Source: the human T2T-CHM13v2.0 reference genome, Homo sapiens. From it: a stretch of DNA of 64,000 nucleotides. The first letter of the stretch is position 1, and each line of letters begins with the position of its first letter. The notes under the pieces are model-generated. The model saw nothing but the letters and a program-made list of their open reading frames with translations, searched no databases and was not told the origin of the DNA. The position numbers were made by a program, and so were the translations under genes. Below, one piece after another: positions 1 through 13,836 of the stretch. The DNA lies in NCBI RefSeq assembly GCF_009914755.1, contig NC_060938.1; one strand, written 5' to 3'.

Positions 1-32
1 AAATGCTCAATGACTAGTAGCAATGTTACCTG

Positions 33-301
<269 letters not shown>

Positions 302-770
302 TAAAAAGTTTGTTTCCCCACATTTTAAGTTCTCAAACTAGAATCTTGTTACTCCTACATGTTAGAAGAGTTTATACCTTGTAGATGGTATTCAAAAGGA
401 CTGTCTCTCTCAAATGGGAGCCATTTAAGCATTTAAGGTCACATGTTCCTCTTAAACTAAAATAATCAGTTGTTTCACCTCTTCATGGGTCATGATTCAT
501 CTTTCTTACTATTCTCCTCTGGGGACTGAACATTTGTTAATGTTCTCCTAGAAATTGATTGCAATATTTCTTGTAGATTGGAAGGGCAGAGTGAAGCAGA
601 ATTTTCACATACTCTTCTGTGTAATCTGCTTTTGGTGATGTAGGTTCCATTCTTATTATTTTGGGGCTACATTTTCATGTTAAATTGGGGCAGTTACAAA
701 TTACATTTTCAGCAACTTCATGAAAATTAACCCTTCAGTCAACACAAAACCTGAAGTGATTTTAAAATTG

Positions 771-1040
771 TTTTATTTTATTTTATTTCATGTTTTAGTT
801 GACACAATAATTGTACATATTTGGGGAGTATACAGTGGTGTTTCAATATATATCATGTATAGTGATCAGATCAGAGTAAGTAGCATATCCGTCATCTCAA
901 ATATCATTTCTTTGTGTTGGGGACATTCAACATCCTTCTTTTAGCCATTTGAAACTATAATATATTATTGTTAATCATCCTATAGTTCTATGGAACACTA
1001 GAAGTTATTCCTTCTGTCCAGCATAATTTGTAACCCTTAA
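771..1040 (-). mobile_element. L1MA-type 3' UTR fragment
   Basis: T-rich tail followed by gacacaataattgtacatatttgggg...tagtgatcagatcagagtaagtagcatatcc, typical of an old L1MA 3' end. Confidence 0.75.
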
Positions 1041-2039
1041 TGAAATGATTTTTAATCTCCTATCCCATTGATTGGATGCTGTTATGTTTCATCATGTATA
1101 TTTGTCTTTGTTTTAATTGATATTTTTAAGTTTTATTGCAGAAATTTCTTTCTATTCCTATTCCTATAAAAATAATTTCAGCTCCTGGTACTATCCTGTC
1201 TATTGCTGGACTAAAGCAAACTTTGTCTCACTTTTTGGGTGAGGATATTCAACATGAAGTAGAAATGGCACTCCCCAGACAAGGGAGAAGTCTCAGGGAC
1301 ACAGACCCCTTTTCTGTATCCCATTTCCTAGAATCACTTATCCTTGTAGTTAACTCCCAAAATGCTTCCTTTAGCCTTGAGAAGATAATATGAAATATCT
1401 TTCTATTAATTATGCCCTGATAAGCTCGCAACATCATTTTACTTTTTTTTGTTTTTGATTTTATGTTAGTATATCCTCATATTTGTAAAACATTTTAGTT
1501 CAATTTTGTACATTTATTGAGCATTCATGCTGTGCATGACAATGCTCACTGGTACTAAGGGGATCTCTTTCCTCACAAAGCTCTGTTGATATTGGCCATG
1601 GGCCTCCAGACAATTTCCAGAGCCACCTTTCAAAGTACAACTATGTGTGAGAATAGTCTTCCTAACAGCCTCAATTCTAGATCAGCTTGGAGTCAGATCA
1701 AGCCACACTCTGGGTGCTTCCATCTTGAGCATATCTAAATTGAGGCAAGGATGGAGAGTATTCAGAGAACAAGAGAGTCCTTTTGTTTTCCAGGAGTCTG
1801 TGAGGAAGTAAAATTTGGTGAAAAATTTTGGAAGACTGAATGTTTATATGACACTTTTATTGGTATATATCAATTTATGCACCTAACATTAGCCCCAAGT
1901 CTTATCAAGTTCCCCTGATGTTTATATTGTTGGTGTTTAACCAATAGCTCCTCTCATCCTTTTCATGTGATTTTAGTGTATTTGGATAACATACATAGAT
2001 TTTGATTCTGCATATTATAAAATTTTTTCGATGTCACCA

Positions 2040-2690
2040 ATCACCATACCACAGAAACAATATGACAAATGCCTACTCCTTGTCTAGGCCCCATATAATG
2101 AAGACCCAGCCTCAGCTTATCTGGGAAAGCAAATCAGTCATCAAATGCCACCCAAAGAAGTTTGGGCATTTTTTATAAATGTTACATCTCATGGAGGAAT
2201 TTAGACAAGAAATAACATGGCTAGTAAAATCAGATGGATAGCAGTACGTAGTAGGTGGGATGTAGGTACGTCAGGAGATTTTTGCAGTGGGCATGAGGCT
2301 GTTTATGAAGAAGCCATGTAGAAGTACAATCTACAAGCATTGGTAACTGAAGGGGGCAGAGAAGTGGAGGAAGGGGTTAGGTTAGTTGGAGGTCATAATA
2401 TGGATATTAATTATAATTTTAACAAGGGTAAGAAAGGCTGAAGGATATGGCTCATCAGGAGGATAAAGTGTTCAGGTTTGGGCATGTTTACTTTGAGTTC
2501 CACATGGGATAAGAACAGGGATTCAAAACTTAACATAAGAAGAGATGCCAACTCTGGACCAAGAAGAGATTTGATAGTCATCCAGTTTTTGAAGTGATTG
2601 GATGAAGGAGCTAATCAGATGGGAAAAAACTGAGAGGACTAGACCAAGATGGTGGGGAGTGTGATGATAAATTTTAAACAACAGGAGAGA
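2040..2690 (-). mobile_element. L2 LINE remnant
   Basis: Purine-rich degenerate L2-like text (ttcaggtttgggcatgtttactttgagtt...). Confidence 0.45.
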
Positions 2691-3789
2691 CAATATCTAA
2701 ACTCAGGTAATTTTAAGAAGAATAAAGATTACATAGGCAAATAGATGTTATTACAGTAATAGTTAAGAAGAATATGGCCAATTTAACATTTTGAGGCAGT
2801 ATATCTCTATGTAACCCTATATTAACACATCTACATCTATATCTTTTTATATAGCTGCATCCTTTGTTCAATAGTATGCTTTTGGAGGTAACATACAAGC
2901 GCCATCAGCATTTTGCTTATTTGGTGAGAAATCACCAAATCTGTTATTGTTACAATAAAACAATATAATAATTATTTTTACCACCAGTAATTTTTCAGAA
3001 GGCTCTAGTATGGAATATACCATTATTGTTTAAAATTGTTCTTGAAGTGTTCAAGAAAAAAATTGACATTGGAAATGAAGAGGTGTATTTAATATTATTT
3101 CCAGATTATTTTATCAACCTGGAAATCTTCCAAATCAATAAATGTTTTCAAAATAATAATAATTAATTATTGTGCCTGGTGATAATATAACCATATAGAA
3201 TTCAATAGTTTGCTTTAAATAATTGGCAGTAATCTTAGTCTAGGCAACCAAGCGAGACTTTTGTCTCTAAAAAATAAAAATAAATAAAAATTGGCAGTTG
3301 CCAATTGAAAAATAAAATGGCTGTGTCGTCAAAATACCTTAAAACATTAAAAAATGCTCAGGATTAATTTTAAGACATGTATAAAAACTTTATTAATAAA
3401 ACTGTAAGTATTTCTGAGAGAAATTTAATAAAACAAATAAATGGCATTAACAAATCTCTTGCATGGGATGACTCTATATTTTAAACATGCCACTTTTCCC
3501 AAAACTCTTTAATGTGTTTATTAGAATTCACCTCCCCTCCACTCCGCCCTCCCCTTACAGAGGCATCCACTTTTGTTTTTTTTTGGAACATAATGAAATA
3601 ATTCTCAATTTTATTTGAAGGACAAACCTTTAATTGAAATTATTAATCATAAAAATTATTATAGAAATAATATTCTAGAACTTGCCCTGTAAACTTCTAT
3701 CATGTAATTGAAAACGTGTAATTAAATATTGGTGAAAAGTTGACAAGTAATATAATGAAAATTAAACGTTTTTAAAGAAGTAAGCACCA

Positions 3790-4061
3790 GGCTGGGCGCG
3801 CTGGCTTGCGGATCACCTGAGGTCAGGAGTTCAAGACCAGCCTGGCCAACATGGCGATACCCCGTCTCTACTAAAAAAATACAAAAATTAGTTGGGCGTT
3901 GTGGCGGGCGCCTGTCATCCCAGCTACTCGGAAGGCTGAGGTGGGGAGAATTGCTTGAACCCGGGAGGCGGAGGTTGCAGTGAGCTGAGATTGCGCCACT
4001 GCACTTCAACCTGGGCAAAAGAGCGAGAGTCTGTCTCCCCACCACCCCCACCCCCCAAAAA
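3790..4061 (+). mobile_element. AluS (Sx/Sq-like) with an internal deletion in the left arm and a C-rich tail
   Basis: ggctgggcgcgctggctt joined directly to gcggatcacctgaggtc; TSD aagtaagcacca at 3778-3789 and 4062-4073. Confidence 0.92.
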
Positions 4062-4288
4062 AAGTAAGCACCAGTAAGTATATCAATTTAGTTTTTAGGC
4101 TAGAATTTTAATAATATTGAGAAAATGATAAATTGTTTAATAATTAATATTGTCATAGTTTTAAGTTTGGAAAAGCACTTGAGTAAATATATTACCACTG
4201 TAGATCAAAATAAATACTCAAATATTTAATATTTAGCTGTTAAGATACTATAATAAAATGGTATAAGTATAATACATTTTACATTTGG

Positions 4289-4771
4289 TGACAAAAATTA
4301 TTTGCTTGGCTAAGCTTGAGTCAGGCTTCTGAATCTTCTCCTAGGCCCATCTGTGCACTTCATTATAAAATCCAGTTTTAGCAAAGAACCCTGCTGCGTC
4401 AGTTTAGCAAGAATCCCCCATCCTCAATATCTGATCATCTTTGATATTTTATCAGGTTCCTCATCCTCCACATCCCCAAATGACACCTGATCACCCTGGT
4501 CTGTCTTCAGCAAGAATCCTGTTAGGTGGGTTTAACCAAAATTCTCCTTACCCCTGACGTTTCCTCTTAGTAATTTTCAATTCACTGAACTCCACACTGC
4601 TCTTTGGCTATAAATTCCTACTTGACCCTGCTGTATTTGGAGTAGAGCCCAACCACTCTCCCCCATTGCAATACTCTGTTTCAGTAGTTCCTCTAGCCAT
4701 GTTGATGCTACTGAATAAAATCTTTCTTATTGGGCTTTAATAAGTCTCATAGAATATATGTATTTTTAACA
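4289..4771 (+). mobile_element. MER31A-like ERV1 solo LTR
   Basis: TG...CA ends; ctcctaggcccatctgtgcac, aaatccagttttagcaaagaaccctgct, TATA-like ggctataaa and AATAAA. Confidence 0.85.
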
Positions 4772-4915
4772 TTTGTAGTGCTCAAAGGCAATAATAATTA
4801 AGAAAAAATGTAAAGATTTCACTGTGTAAACATTTTATTTTGCGTTTTAGTTAAAAGTAATAAAAACCAAAGTCAATAAACAAATTATGTGCTGGTAAAA
4901 GATATTTGCAACACA

Positions 4916-5037
4916 AGCCGAGCGTGGTGGCTCACACCTGTAATCCCAGCACTTTGGGAGGCTGAGGTGATAGATTACTTGAGGTCAGGTGTTCAAGACC
5001 AGCCTGGCCAACATAGTGAAACCCTGTATCTACAAAA

Positions 5038-5072
<35 letters not shown>

Positions 5073-5081
5073 AAAAAAAAA
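4916..5081 (+). mobile_element. Alu left monomer only, with (CA)n and A tail
   Basis: Left-arm sequence flanked by a 19-bp TSD aaaagataYttgcaacaca (4897-4915 / 5078-5096). Confidence 0.9.
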
Positions 5082-5177
5082 GATACTTGCAACACAGATG
5101 AGAGATAGAGGTTTAATTTACCTATAATATTAATATAAATTGCCAATATTAAAAAGACCAATGAGGATATGGTGATT

Positions 5178-5234
5178 TGTAATAGGTGAAATGGTTGAGG
5201 TCAATATGTAATAGGTGAAATGGTTGAGGTCAAT
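5178..5234. repeat. Perfect tandem duplication with a 29-bp period
   Basis: tgtaataggtgaaatggttgaggtcaat at 5178-5205 and 5207-5234. Confidence 0.95.
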
Positions 5235-5676
5235 CAGAGTGAAAATATAATTAAATTTGTTAGCAATTAAAGATGTGCTTCAGTGACAACAAATCGGTGA
5301 GCTAATGGAAATTTACATGAACTCTTTGTTAGAGGATACATTGATAGAACCTTTCTAAGAAGCAACCTGACAGTATGTATAAAACTTAAATATTAGTAAG
5401 GCTTTAATTCAGAAAATCCACATTGAATAATCTCTTTTAAGGAAATGATTTAAAAATTACATATTTATGTAGATTTATATGGGAATATTTATAAAGAACA
5501 AAAAGGAAGAAAACATCTTGAAGTATTTTGTTCCTGGTTAAGTTAAAGTACATTGCTACTCACATTAGAATGTGGTGTAGCCATCAAATATTTAAACCAA
5601 CATGTTCACTAATATGCTCTTAAGTAAAAGTAGACATGATAGACTACACATGTAATGCAATCTCATTAAGCAACAA

Positions 5677-5743
5677 AGAGACAGAGAAAGAGAGAGAGAG
5701 AGGGAGGGAGGGAGGGAGGGAGGGAGGGAGGGAGAGGGAGAGG
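5677..5743 (+). repeat. (GA)n/(GGGA)n polypurine microsatellite
   Basis: Read directly from the sequence. Confidence 0.95.
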
Positions 5744-6547
5744 AATATGGCGTTTATGCAGTGACTAAAAGATACATACCAAAATCTTACAAAAAAGATG
5801 CTGAGTCTATAAATTCATTTTCTTCCTTGTGTTTTTCTATATATGAAATAAGCATGTTTTAATTTGAATTTGGAAAAAGATAAAGCTATTTCTATGTATT
5901 GTCTCATATATTTAGACATGAAGACAACAGATACATTTTGTGCTCAAGCTCATGGCAAGGGAGCAAATTGTGTATATTATTTGCTATCACAGCACTCTCA
6001 TGGATTTTTAACAACCAGAAACAATTTGAGCTTCCTTTGTGGAAACTTTAAATGAATATTAAAATTATGCTACAAAAATGCCCGGTCACTCAGCTAACCT
6101 GAAATGGTAGTTCTCTAACTCTGGAGTTTTCTGTTACAAGTACTGAATCTCAAAAGGAGAACACTCTCAAACTATGCTTTTGAGATGGTCCCTGAGAAAA
6201 TGTATGTGAGCAAAAAATGGAAAAACAAGATTAAATTTTGATGTACACTTACAGAAAGAACTTGAAATGGAAAACAAAAACAAAAACCTTTCACATTTAT
6301 TACCAGGTAGTTGTAGTGTAGGTAATTCTTTACATGATTCTCTAATTTCTCCATGTAGTTATGTATCTGATAAGCCTGGAAAATGCTGCTAGAATAAACC
6401 ATCCTTTAGAAAGAATTAAAAATAGACATTCAAATACTAATGTGAATCTTAACACTTTTGTTGTGAAGTTGTTAATTCCAAAAAGTGTAACTGAGCCACA
6501 AATTTTACTAAGCAAAGCATACTATATTGGATGATTCCTATTCTCAG

Positions 6548-6906
6548 CTATTTTCATTTGCCAGAGCTACGAAGCTTATTTGCAAAGACTAGATGGCTTA
6601 AATAACAGAAATTTACTTTTTCACAATTCTAGAGACTAGAAGTACAAGAACAACGTGTTGGCAGGGTTGGTTTCTTCTGAGGCGTGTTTCCTTGGCTTGT
6701 AAATGGCTTTCTTCTCCCTTTGTCTTAATATGTCTGTCTGTGTCATAATCTCCACTTCTTGTATCAATACCAGTCAGACTGGATTAAGATCCATTCTAGT
6801 GACTTCATTTTAAATAATCTCTTTAAAGACCCCATTTCCAAATACAGTCACATTCTGGAATACTAGGGGTTAGGACATCGACATATGAATTTGAGGGGAG
6901 CACAAA
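6548..6906 (-). mobile_element. MLT1B-like MaLR LTR
   Basis: ggcttaaataacagaaattta...ggcagggttggtttcttctgaggc...tttccaaatacagtcacattctg. Confidence 0.8.
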
Positions 6907-7512
6907 CAAATTGAAGGAATGAATGACTGATGTATAGATAAATGAATTAATTTTTCTAATATTAAAATTGTTTTTAATATATTCAATTAAATATGCATAA
7001 ATATTAATAAATTATTGAAAATTAGTGATATAATCTTTCAACATCATATTTTAATGTAGCATGTTGACAATATTATATCATTTCTATGATATTCCTAGAA
7101 GTGTAAAATGTAAGGAAAAATTTTGGATAAAGATGAATTTTTTTTGTGATATGCAATCATTGTTAAATCAATAAGTCAGTTAACAAATAATTGTAGAGTG
7201 GGCTAGGCGCTGTTCTCATTACTTAACGTAACAATAAATAAAGGAGATTGAGGCCTTGCCTTCAAAGCATTAACAAACAAATTAGAATATAGTAAATAAA
7301 TGTGCAAGCCAATCAATAAAATAAGTTTAGCATTTAATATTCTACAAGGAAGAGAATAAAATAGAAAAATATGACAAGGAGTGACAGGCTGGTTTCTACT
7401 AGGACCAGGGAAAACCTCCTTCAGCAGATGAGCTGGGAGTTCTGACCTACCTGATGAGTAGGCTTTTTAGGCAAAAATAACAAGAGTAATTTCTCTTAAA
7501 ATGCAATGTTCC

Positions 7513-8226
<714 letters not shown>

Positions 8227-8299
8227 AATATTAAACTTTCAGCCTCCAGAATTATGAGAAATAAATTTCTGTTTTTTATAAGCCAACATGCAGTTTTTC

Positions 8300-9540
8300 T
8301 TAAGTTCCCTTAAGTGTTTAAAGGATGGAAACAAGGTGATTGTGACTGAAATGAAGCAAACAAAGTATGTAGAGGGAGAAACTGAGTTCAGAAAATATTT
8401 TGGCTTATACTAAAAAGTTTAGATTTTATTTTAAGTAAAATTTTGTCGCATTGAAAGTTTGAGGCAGGAGAGTAACTGGTCTGCATAAATACTTAAGAAA
8501 CATCACTATTGCATAGAAGGGAGGCAGGATGGGAGATAGGTAGACCACTGAAATTGCTTCTATAGTGCTACAGGGAAGAGGAAAAGATGGCCTTAAGAAG
8601 GGCTGGAGAAGCAGAAAAGGGGAGAAGTCATCGAATTTGGGATTTGCTTTGAAGATACAGCTGACAGGAGTAACAGGTTAATCAGGTGTGTTGTGTAAGG
8701 GGAAAGAAGTAATCCAAGATGAATCTGACTTCTTTTTGGTTTTAATAACTGTATGAAAAGTAGCACTGCATGTTCTCACTCATAGGTGGGAATTGAACAA
8801 TGAGAACACTTGGGCACAGGAAGGGGAACATCACACACCAGGGCCTGTCGTGGGGTTGGGGGAAGGGGGAGGGATAGCATTAGGAGATATACCTAATGTA
8901 AATGATGAGTTAATGGGTGCAGCACACCAACATGGCACATGTATACATATGTAACACACCTGCACGTTGTGCACATGTACCCTAGAACTTAAAGTATAAT
9001 AATAATAAAAAAAAAGAAAAGTAGAACCAGTTCCTGGGAGATATTCTGAGTGAGGGTGGATTGGAGGAGACATGACATGTTTTATTTTGTCAAATTAATT
9101 CTGAAATGGAGAAGACAATAGGTAATAGGATGTGAGCTTTGTTCTCAGAGAAGAGTTCCAGGCAAGAAGTCTGAGTTTGAGAGTTTTTAGCATGTACATA
9201 GTATGTACATAGTGCATATTTGTATGTACATAGTTTTTAATATGTACATATTAAATCCATAGGAAACTGGAAGAAATCACATAGTTTGAGTTCAGAAAGA
9301 AAAAAGAAAGGGTTCTAGGATCGAGTTGAAGGGCTTAGAACACTTTTCAGGTTTGGAGCAGAAGGAGGTCTCAGTAAAAAACATTCCATGAACTAAAAGA
9401 ATCCTGAGTATAGGGACTAGGAAAACTCAATACATTTTCAAGAAGAGAGAATAATCAATTGTGTCAAATTTTATTGCATGGTAGAATAAGAAGAGATAAT
9501 TTATCATTAGCTTTGGCAAAATGTAGATCTTTGGTGTTCT
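8300..9540 (-). mobile_element. L2 remnant interrupted by an L1PA fragment
   Basis: Degenerate L2-like purine-rich sequence on both sides of the L1PA insertion. Confidence 0.55.
8764..9015 (+). mobile_element. 5'-truncated L1PA (PA4/5-like) 3' end
   Basis: L1 3'UTR with G-tract and poly(A); TSD gaaaagtag at 8755-8763 and 9016-9024. Confidence 0.92.
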
Positions 9541-9869
9541 CTAGGTTTATCAGTGTCTTTTTTAAACAGCAGTCTTATAAAAACAAGTAGAAACCAGGGA
9601 GGGTTGGACCTTCCCACAGTACTGATATTGTAGTAGCATAGGTAATTTTAGGTCACAGAATTATTTTTAGAGAGATACCACATGAACAGTAGTATAGTTA
9701 GTGGTTAGGTGCTACGCTCTGCAACCACATGGCACAGGTTTTCTTCAATATCTGCCATTCTGTACTTTTGTGATTCACATAAGTTATTCTGTCTCTGTAT
9801 GCCACTGCCTGTGTCTCTTCATCTCTAAAGGATGTATACTGTAATGCTTACCTTGTTTGGGTTGTTAAT

Positions 9870-10660
9870 TCAGTCGTTTGTTCAACATGTTTATGTTGAG
9901 CATCTGGTTTGTGACCTATACTCTTATAGCTACGTACAAGACAAACTGTCTATGGAGCTTCCATTGGTGTAGGGGAGATAGACTCCCCTCCTCTCCAAAC
10001 AAGCAAACAAATAAAATACATGTGCAGCTGCTAATAGATTCTAGGGAAAAATGAATCTGGATCAGAGTGGGAAGCTGTTGGAAGGGTTATTATTTTATAT
10101 AGACTAGTGGGAGAAATCCTCACTAATAATATTTGAACAGAGACCTGAAGAAGATTAGAGACTAAATCGTAAGTATTCTAGAAGAGAAAACAGCAAGCAT
10201 ACACCCCTTAGAAAAAAAGCATGTCTAGAATGATTTAGGACAAGCAGCTAGATTAGTGGAGCTAGACCAAAGAGAGGCCTGATCAAGAGGTATAAATGAA
10301 GAGATCATGGAGGGCCTTTTGGAACTTGGTTAAGGCTTGTACTCTGTGTAGGATGGGAAACCATTAGAAAGTTTTGAGAATAGTAGTGACACCATCTGAC
10401 ATGGTTTAAAGAGATTATTCTGGTATTGGGTTAGGGAATAGGCTTAAGGGGACCTGCTTAGGAAAAAACAGAGGAGTTTGGAGGCTATTGCAGTAATTCT
10501 GGTAAGAGAAGATACATATGTGATGTAGGCAGTGGGAGGTGGTTAGATTCTACATATATTTTGAAGCTGGAGACCACAAGATTTGTGGATGGGTTAGACG
10601 TAGAGTGCAGGAAAATGAAAGAAATCAAGCATGATCTCACAGTTTTGAGCTCTGTTGTTG
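9870..10660 (-). mobile_element. L2 remnant embedded in a MIR
   Basis: ttcaacatgtttatgttgagcatc start, ggaggctattgcagtaattctgg; MIR-like halves at ~9687-9868 and ~10665-10740. Confidence 0.6.
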
Positions 10661-12238
10661 AGATGATGATAAGGATTACATAGTTCATATAAAGCATATT
10701 AAATTATGCCTAGCACATAAGTGCTCAATAAATATTAGCATTTAATATTTTTAAGTGCTTATTAGTTATTTTGCACTTTTATACTTTTATGTATTGTTTT
10801 AATGCTTTTGACTTCTAGATTTCAAGTTGAGTGTAAACTTAATGCCATTTCCTTTCAGTGGTAACCATCTAGCTAAATAAACTTGAGTAATGTAGTAATC
10901 TTAGTGCCATTGCCTTGGACTGAAATTGGCATATAGTTCACTTACTGCGTAGCTATGGGCAAATCACTAATCTCTCAATTTCATCTGCTCTGAAATGAGG
11001 ATAATGATATTTACCTCCCAAGGCTATTATGAAAATTAAAAAATATCCAGATTCAAAAATGAAAGTCACTGCAAAGTATGAGTTATTGCAGTTTTTATTG
11101 TTGCCTACACTCTGAGAAGACTCTTTATGCTAATCCTACCCACTTAAAGGCATGAAAGAAATGAATTTGAACGCATTAGTTATTCACACCGAATTTTATT
11201 CTTGTTTGGTAGTATTTGAATGTTTTCCTTGGTGAGATTTGTTTTTATATTTCACAGTTTGAGATTTATTGAGACCTGATCAGCTTTATTGAGCCACTTT
11301 TTAAAAGATTTGATGAATTCAAATCTTCCAGTCAGGATGAATATTGGGCATGAGAAGGGAGTATAGGGGAGGGGAACAATTTAGACGAGATCTGTCTAAG
11401 GCATTCAACTGAAGAGTGCTTCATACCTTAGTGTACTTTAGATAGATACTCCCAGAGTACAGTGATCAAACCCATTGTTATGATTCAAATGCTCAGCAAA
11501 TCAGTGTCCCATAATTACTGGAACATAGAAGTCATTTCCTTTATAGGGGAGGAAGAGCGTTGATCGCTTATGTAAAGCTTGAGAAGACTGAGGGATTGAA
11601 AGTGTGACATTATTTTATTTCAATTATTATATCCATATTGAGACTGAAGGTGGGAACAATTCTATATGTTTTTCCTCAGCCAGATAGGAATACGTAGCAT
11701 TATCTGTTATTTGTTCATTTTTTTATATCATTTTACCACTCATAGACAGTTCTCCACGTGGATTCGTTTTAAAGTAAAAACCCTTATCCTCAATCGTTAT
11801 GTTTCTTAGTCATATATTATTATTCCTAATATATAGAAAAGGGAATTGAGGCCAAGAGAGACTAAGTCATAGGATCATTTGTTTTCAAGGGAAAGAAATG
11901 AAATACATCTTTGTTTTCCAGCCTCTCATCTATATCTTTCTGCTATGTTTCTGATCTACATGTTTTGCATTATGAAACATTGTCCAGTTAGGTAAAAGGA
12001 TTTTCCTAATTAGCAGAAAAAAGTTGATATTTCAGCTTTTATGTTTATTTATAAATGTTTTATAGGTAAGTGGGGCTATGTTTTTATTTAATTTTACCCA
12101 CAAGATGGATACAGGATAATTTTAACATCCTGTTCTTAGTAAGAGTCTGGAGGACACCTGTATATTTATACTGTCCATTTCGGTTTTATCTTGAATGATG
12201 TAAAAGCGAGTGGAAGATTCCCATGGTTGTCACTGGAA

Positions 12239-12260
12239 TTAACACTGTGCTCTGACCCAT
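12239..12260 (-). pseudogene. Possible terminal pseudo-exon E
   Basis: Pyrimidine tract plus gag|; phase-compatible join gives NDYG-WVRAQC*, reproducing the CSF1 C-x6-C spacing (CNNSFAEC) if Y(TAT) was C(TGT). GAG acceptor is weak. Confidence 0.35.
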
Positions 12261-12512
12261 CTCAGAAGGACATCAGAAAGGCAACATTTTAAAATTAGTC
12301 TCTACGAAAATAGTTATTGCATTTGATAGGAAGCTCATAAGGTAATTTGGAAAATTTCTTTGTAACTAAGAAAAATGCCTTTTAAAACCTTTTGATTTTA
12401 CAGGCACCTTATAATATGTGAGAAATAGTCAAAGCCATTTAAAGTATTTAAGGACTTATGACTTGTTAGACACCTTTGTGATGATATAATAAAACCAAAC
12501 TAACGTACATAC

Positions 12513-12718
12513 CCATAGTCATTTTTAAAAGCTTTCTTATTAAAGGCATGAAATTATTTAATAAACCTTCCCAATTCATCTCCTTTGTCAAGGGCATCCT
12601 GTGGAATTGTTGGTGAACCTTAAATATATTTGGCATAAGGAATATTCTTGCTTTCTCTCGCATAGAAACTGGAATTAGGAATTGCTTCAGTAAGGTAAAA
12701 GAGCTTGTTGAAAACCAG
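12513..12718 (-). pseudogene. Pseudo-exon D (helix D), 206 nt
   Basis: Strong acceptor tttttctttttctcccaag| and donor GG|gtatgt; phase-0 frame ends ...PYAKYI*GSPTIPQDALDKGDELGRFIK*FHAFNKKAFKNDYG, vs CSF1 ACVRTFYETPLQLLEKVKNVFNETKNLLDKDWNIFSKNC. Confidence 0.65.
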
Positions 12719-13836
12719 CTTGGGAGAAAAAGAAAAAAAAAAAACCTCTGACCTATGTCAACATTTTTTCAAGTCTTTATTATTAAATTCATGTGTATTC
12801 TACCTGTTTACAAAGCTCTAATCAAACATTTAAAAATACCTTATGAGTAATTAAAGGAATGAAAACATTTTTCTTAAATCTTATAGCTAAAATATGATTT
12901 TTTTGAAGGTCACATGCTGATAGGGTAAGTCATGTTACAGGAATTAGTAAATCATTTTGGTCTCAATGGAGACAATAGCTTTTGTATTTGTTATTTCAAT
13001 AAGGTATTGAAAACACATTTGTCAGGAAAGACTGACCTTGCAAAAACACCAGACTAATTTTCCAATGAAGAGGGACTGGCATTTTTATTCATAGGAGTGT
13101 AAAAAGAAAATTAAGCTATAATTTTACTTGATACATTCCTGATCAGTGTGTGATTGGCACTTATACCATCTTCCTTTAATCATGACTTAATTAATACATG
13201 GAACTTTGTCCAGGGAAAGAGGTGAATAATAATTCATTGATGATTCAGACATTCACTTCTCACTTTCTTGAAAGTAACCTCTATGAACTTGTAATATATT
13301 TTTCAAGTTATTTTTCTTTCCATCTGTAGCATATAATTTATTTCTAATATATCAAATTTTCTCATATGTAAATAAGAAAAACTTATAATGCACTTCATAG
13401 AAGTTTTACCCATATAGCCAATGATACGCAATTATCCTATTAAAAGGTTACATTACATCTACTTTGAAATTTTTAGCATATTTTCCCAAATACCTTAATG
13501 TCATATAAAATTTTTCTCACTGATTATTTTTCTTCTTGAAGAAGTGAAAATATATTTACTGTTAGTTAATATTAACTATGACCTTGGATATGATGTATCA
13601 ATGGTCAATATATTTTAATATGTGTAATTTTTATTAACTAAATCTGTGATTCCTAATAATAGATCTGAAGATCAAAGTTGGTTTATCTAATTTATCAAAA
13701 CTTCAGTTTCACTTACTTAACTCATTATCTCATTCCTTAATTGTTCTCTTTTCCTGCCTGCCTCTCTGTATGCTACCGTGTTTTCTTTTTTTCTTAGCCC
13801 CTAAAATTTCTTTTGGCTCTATTACAACCAACTCTT

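Larger units (their letters stand above)
3110..5880 (+). mobile_element. Highly decayed L1ME-type ORF2/3' remnant interrupted by Alus and an LTR
   Basis: A-rich L1 ORF2-like segments (aaaataccttaaaac...ggattaattttaagacatgtataaaaacttta). Confidence 0.5.
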
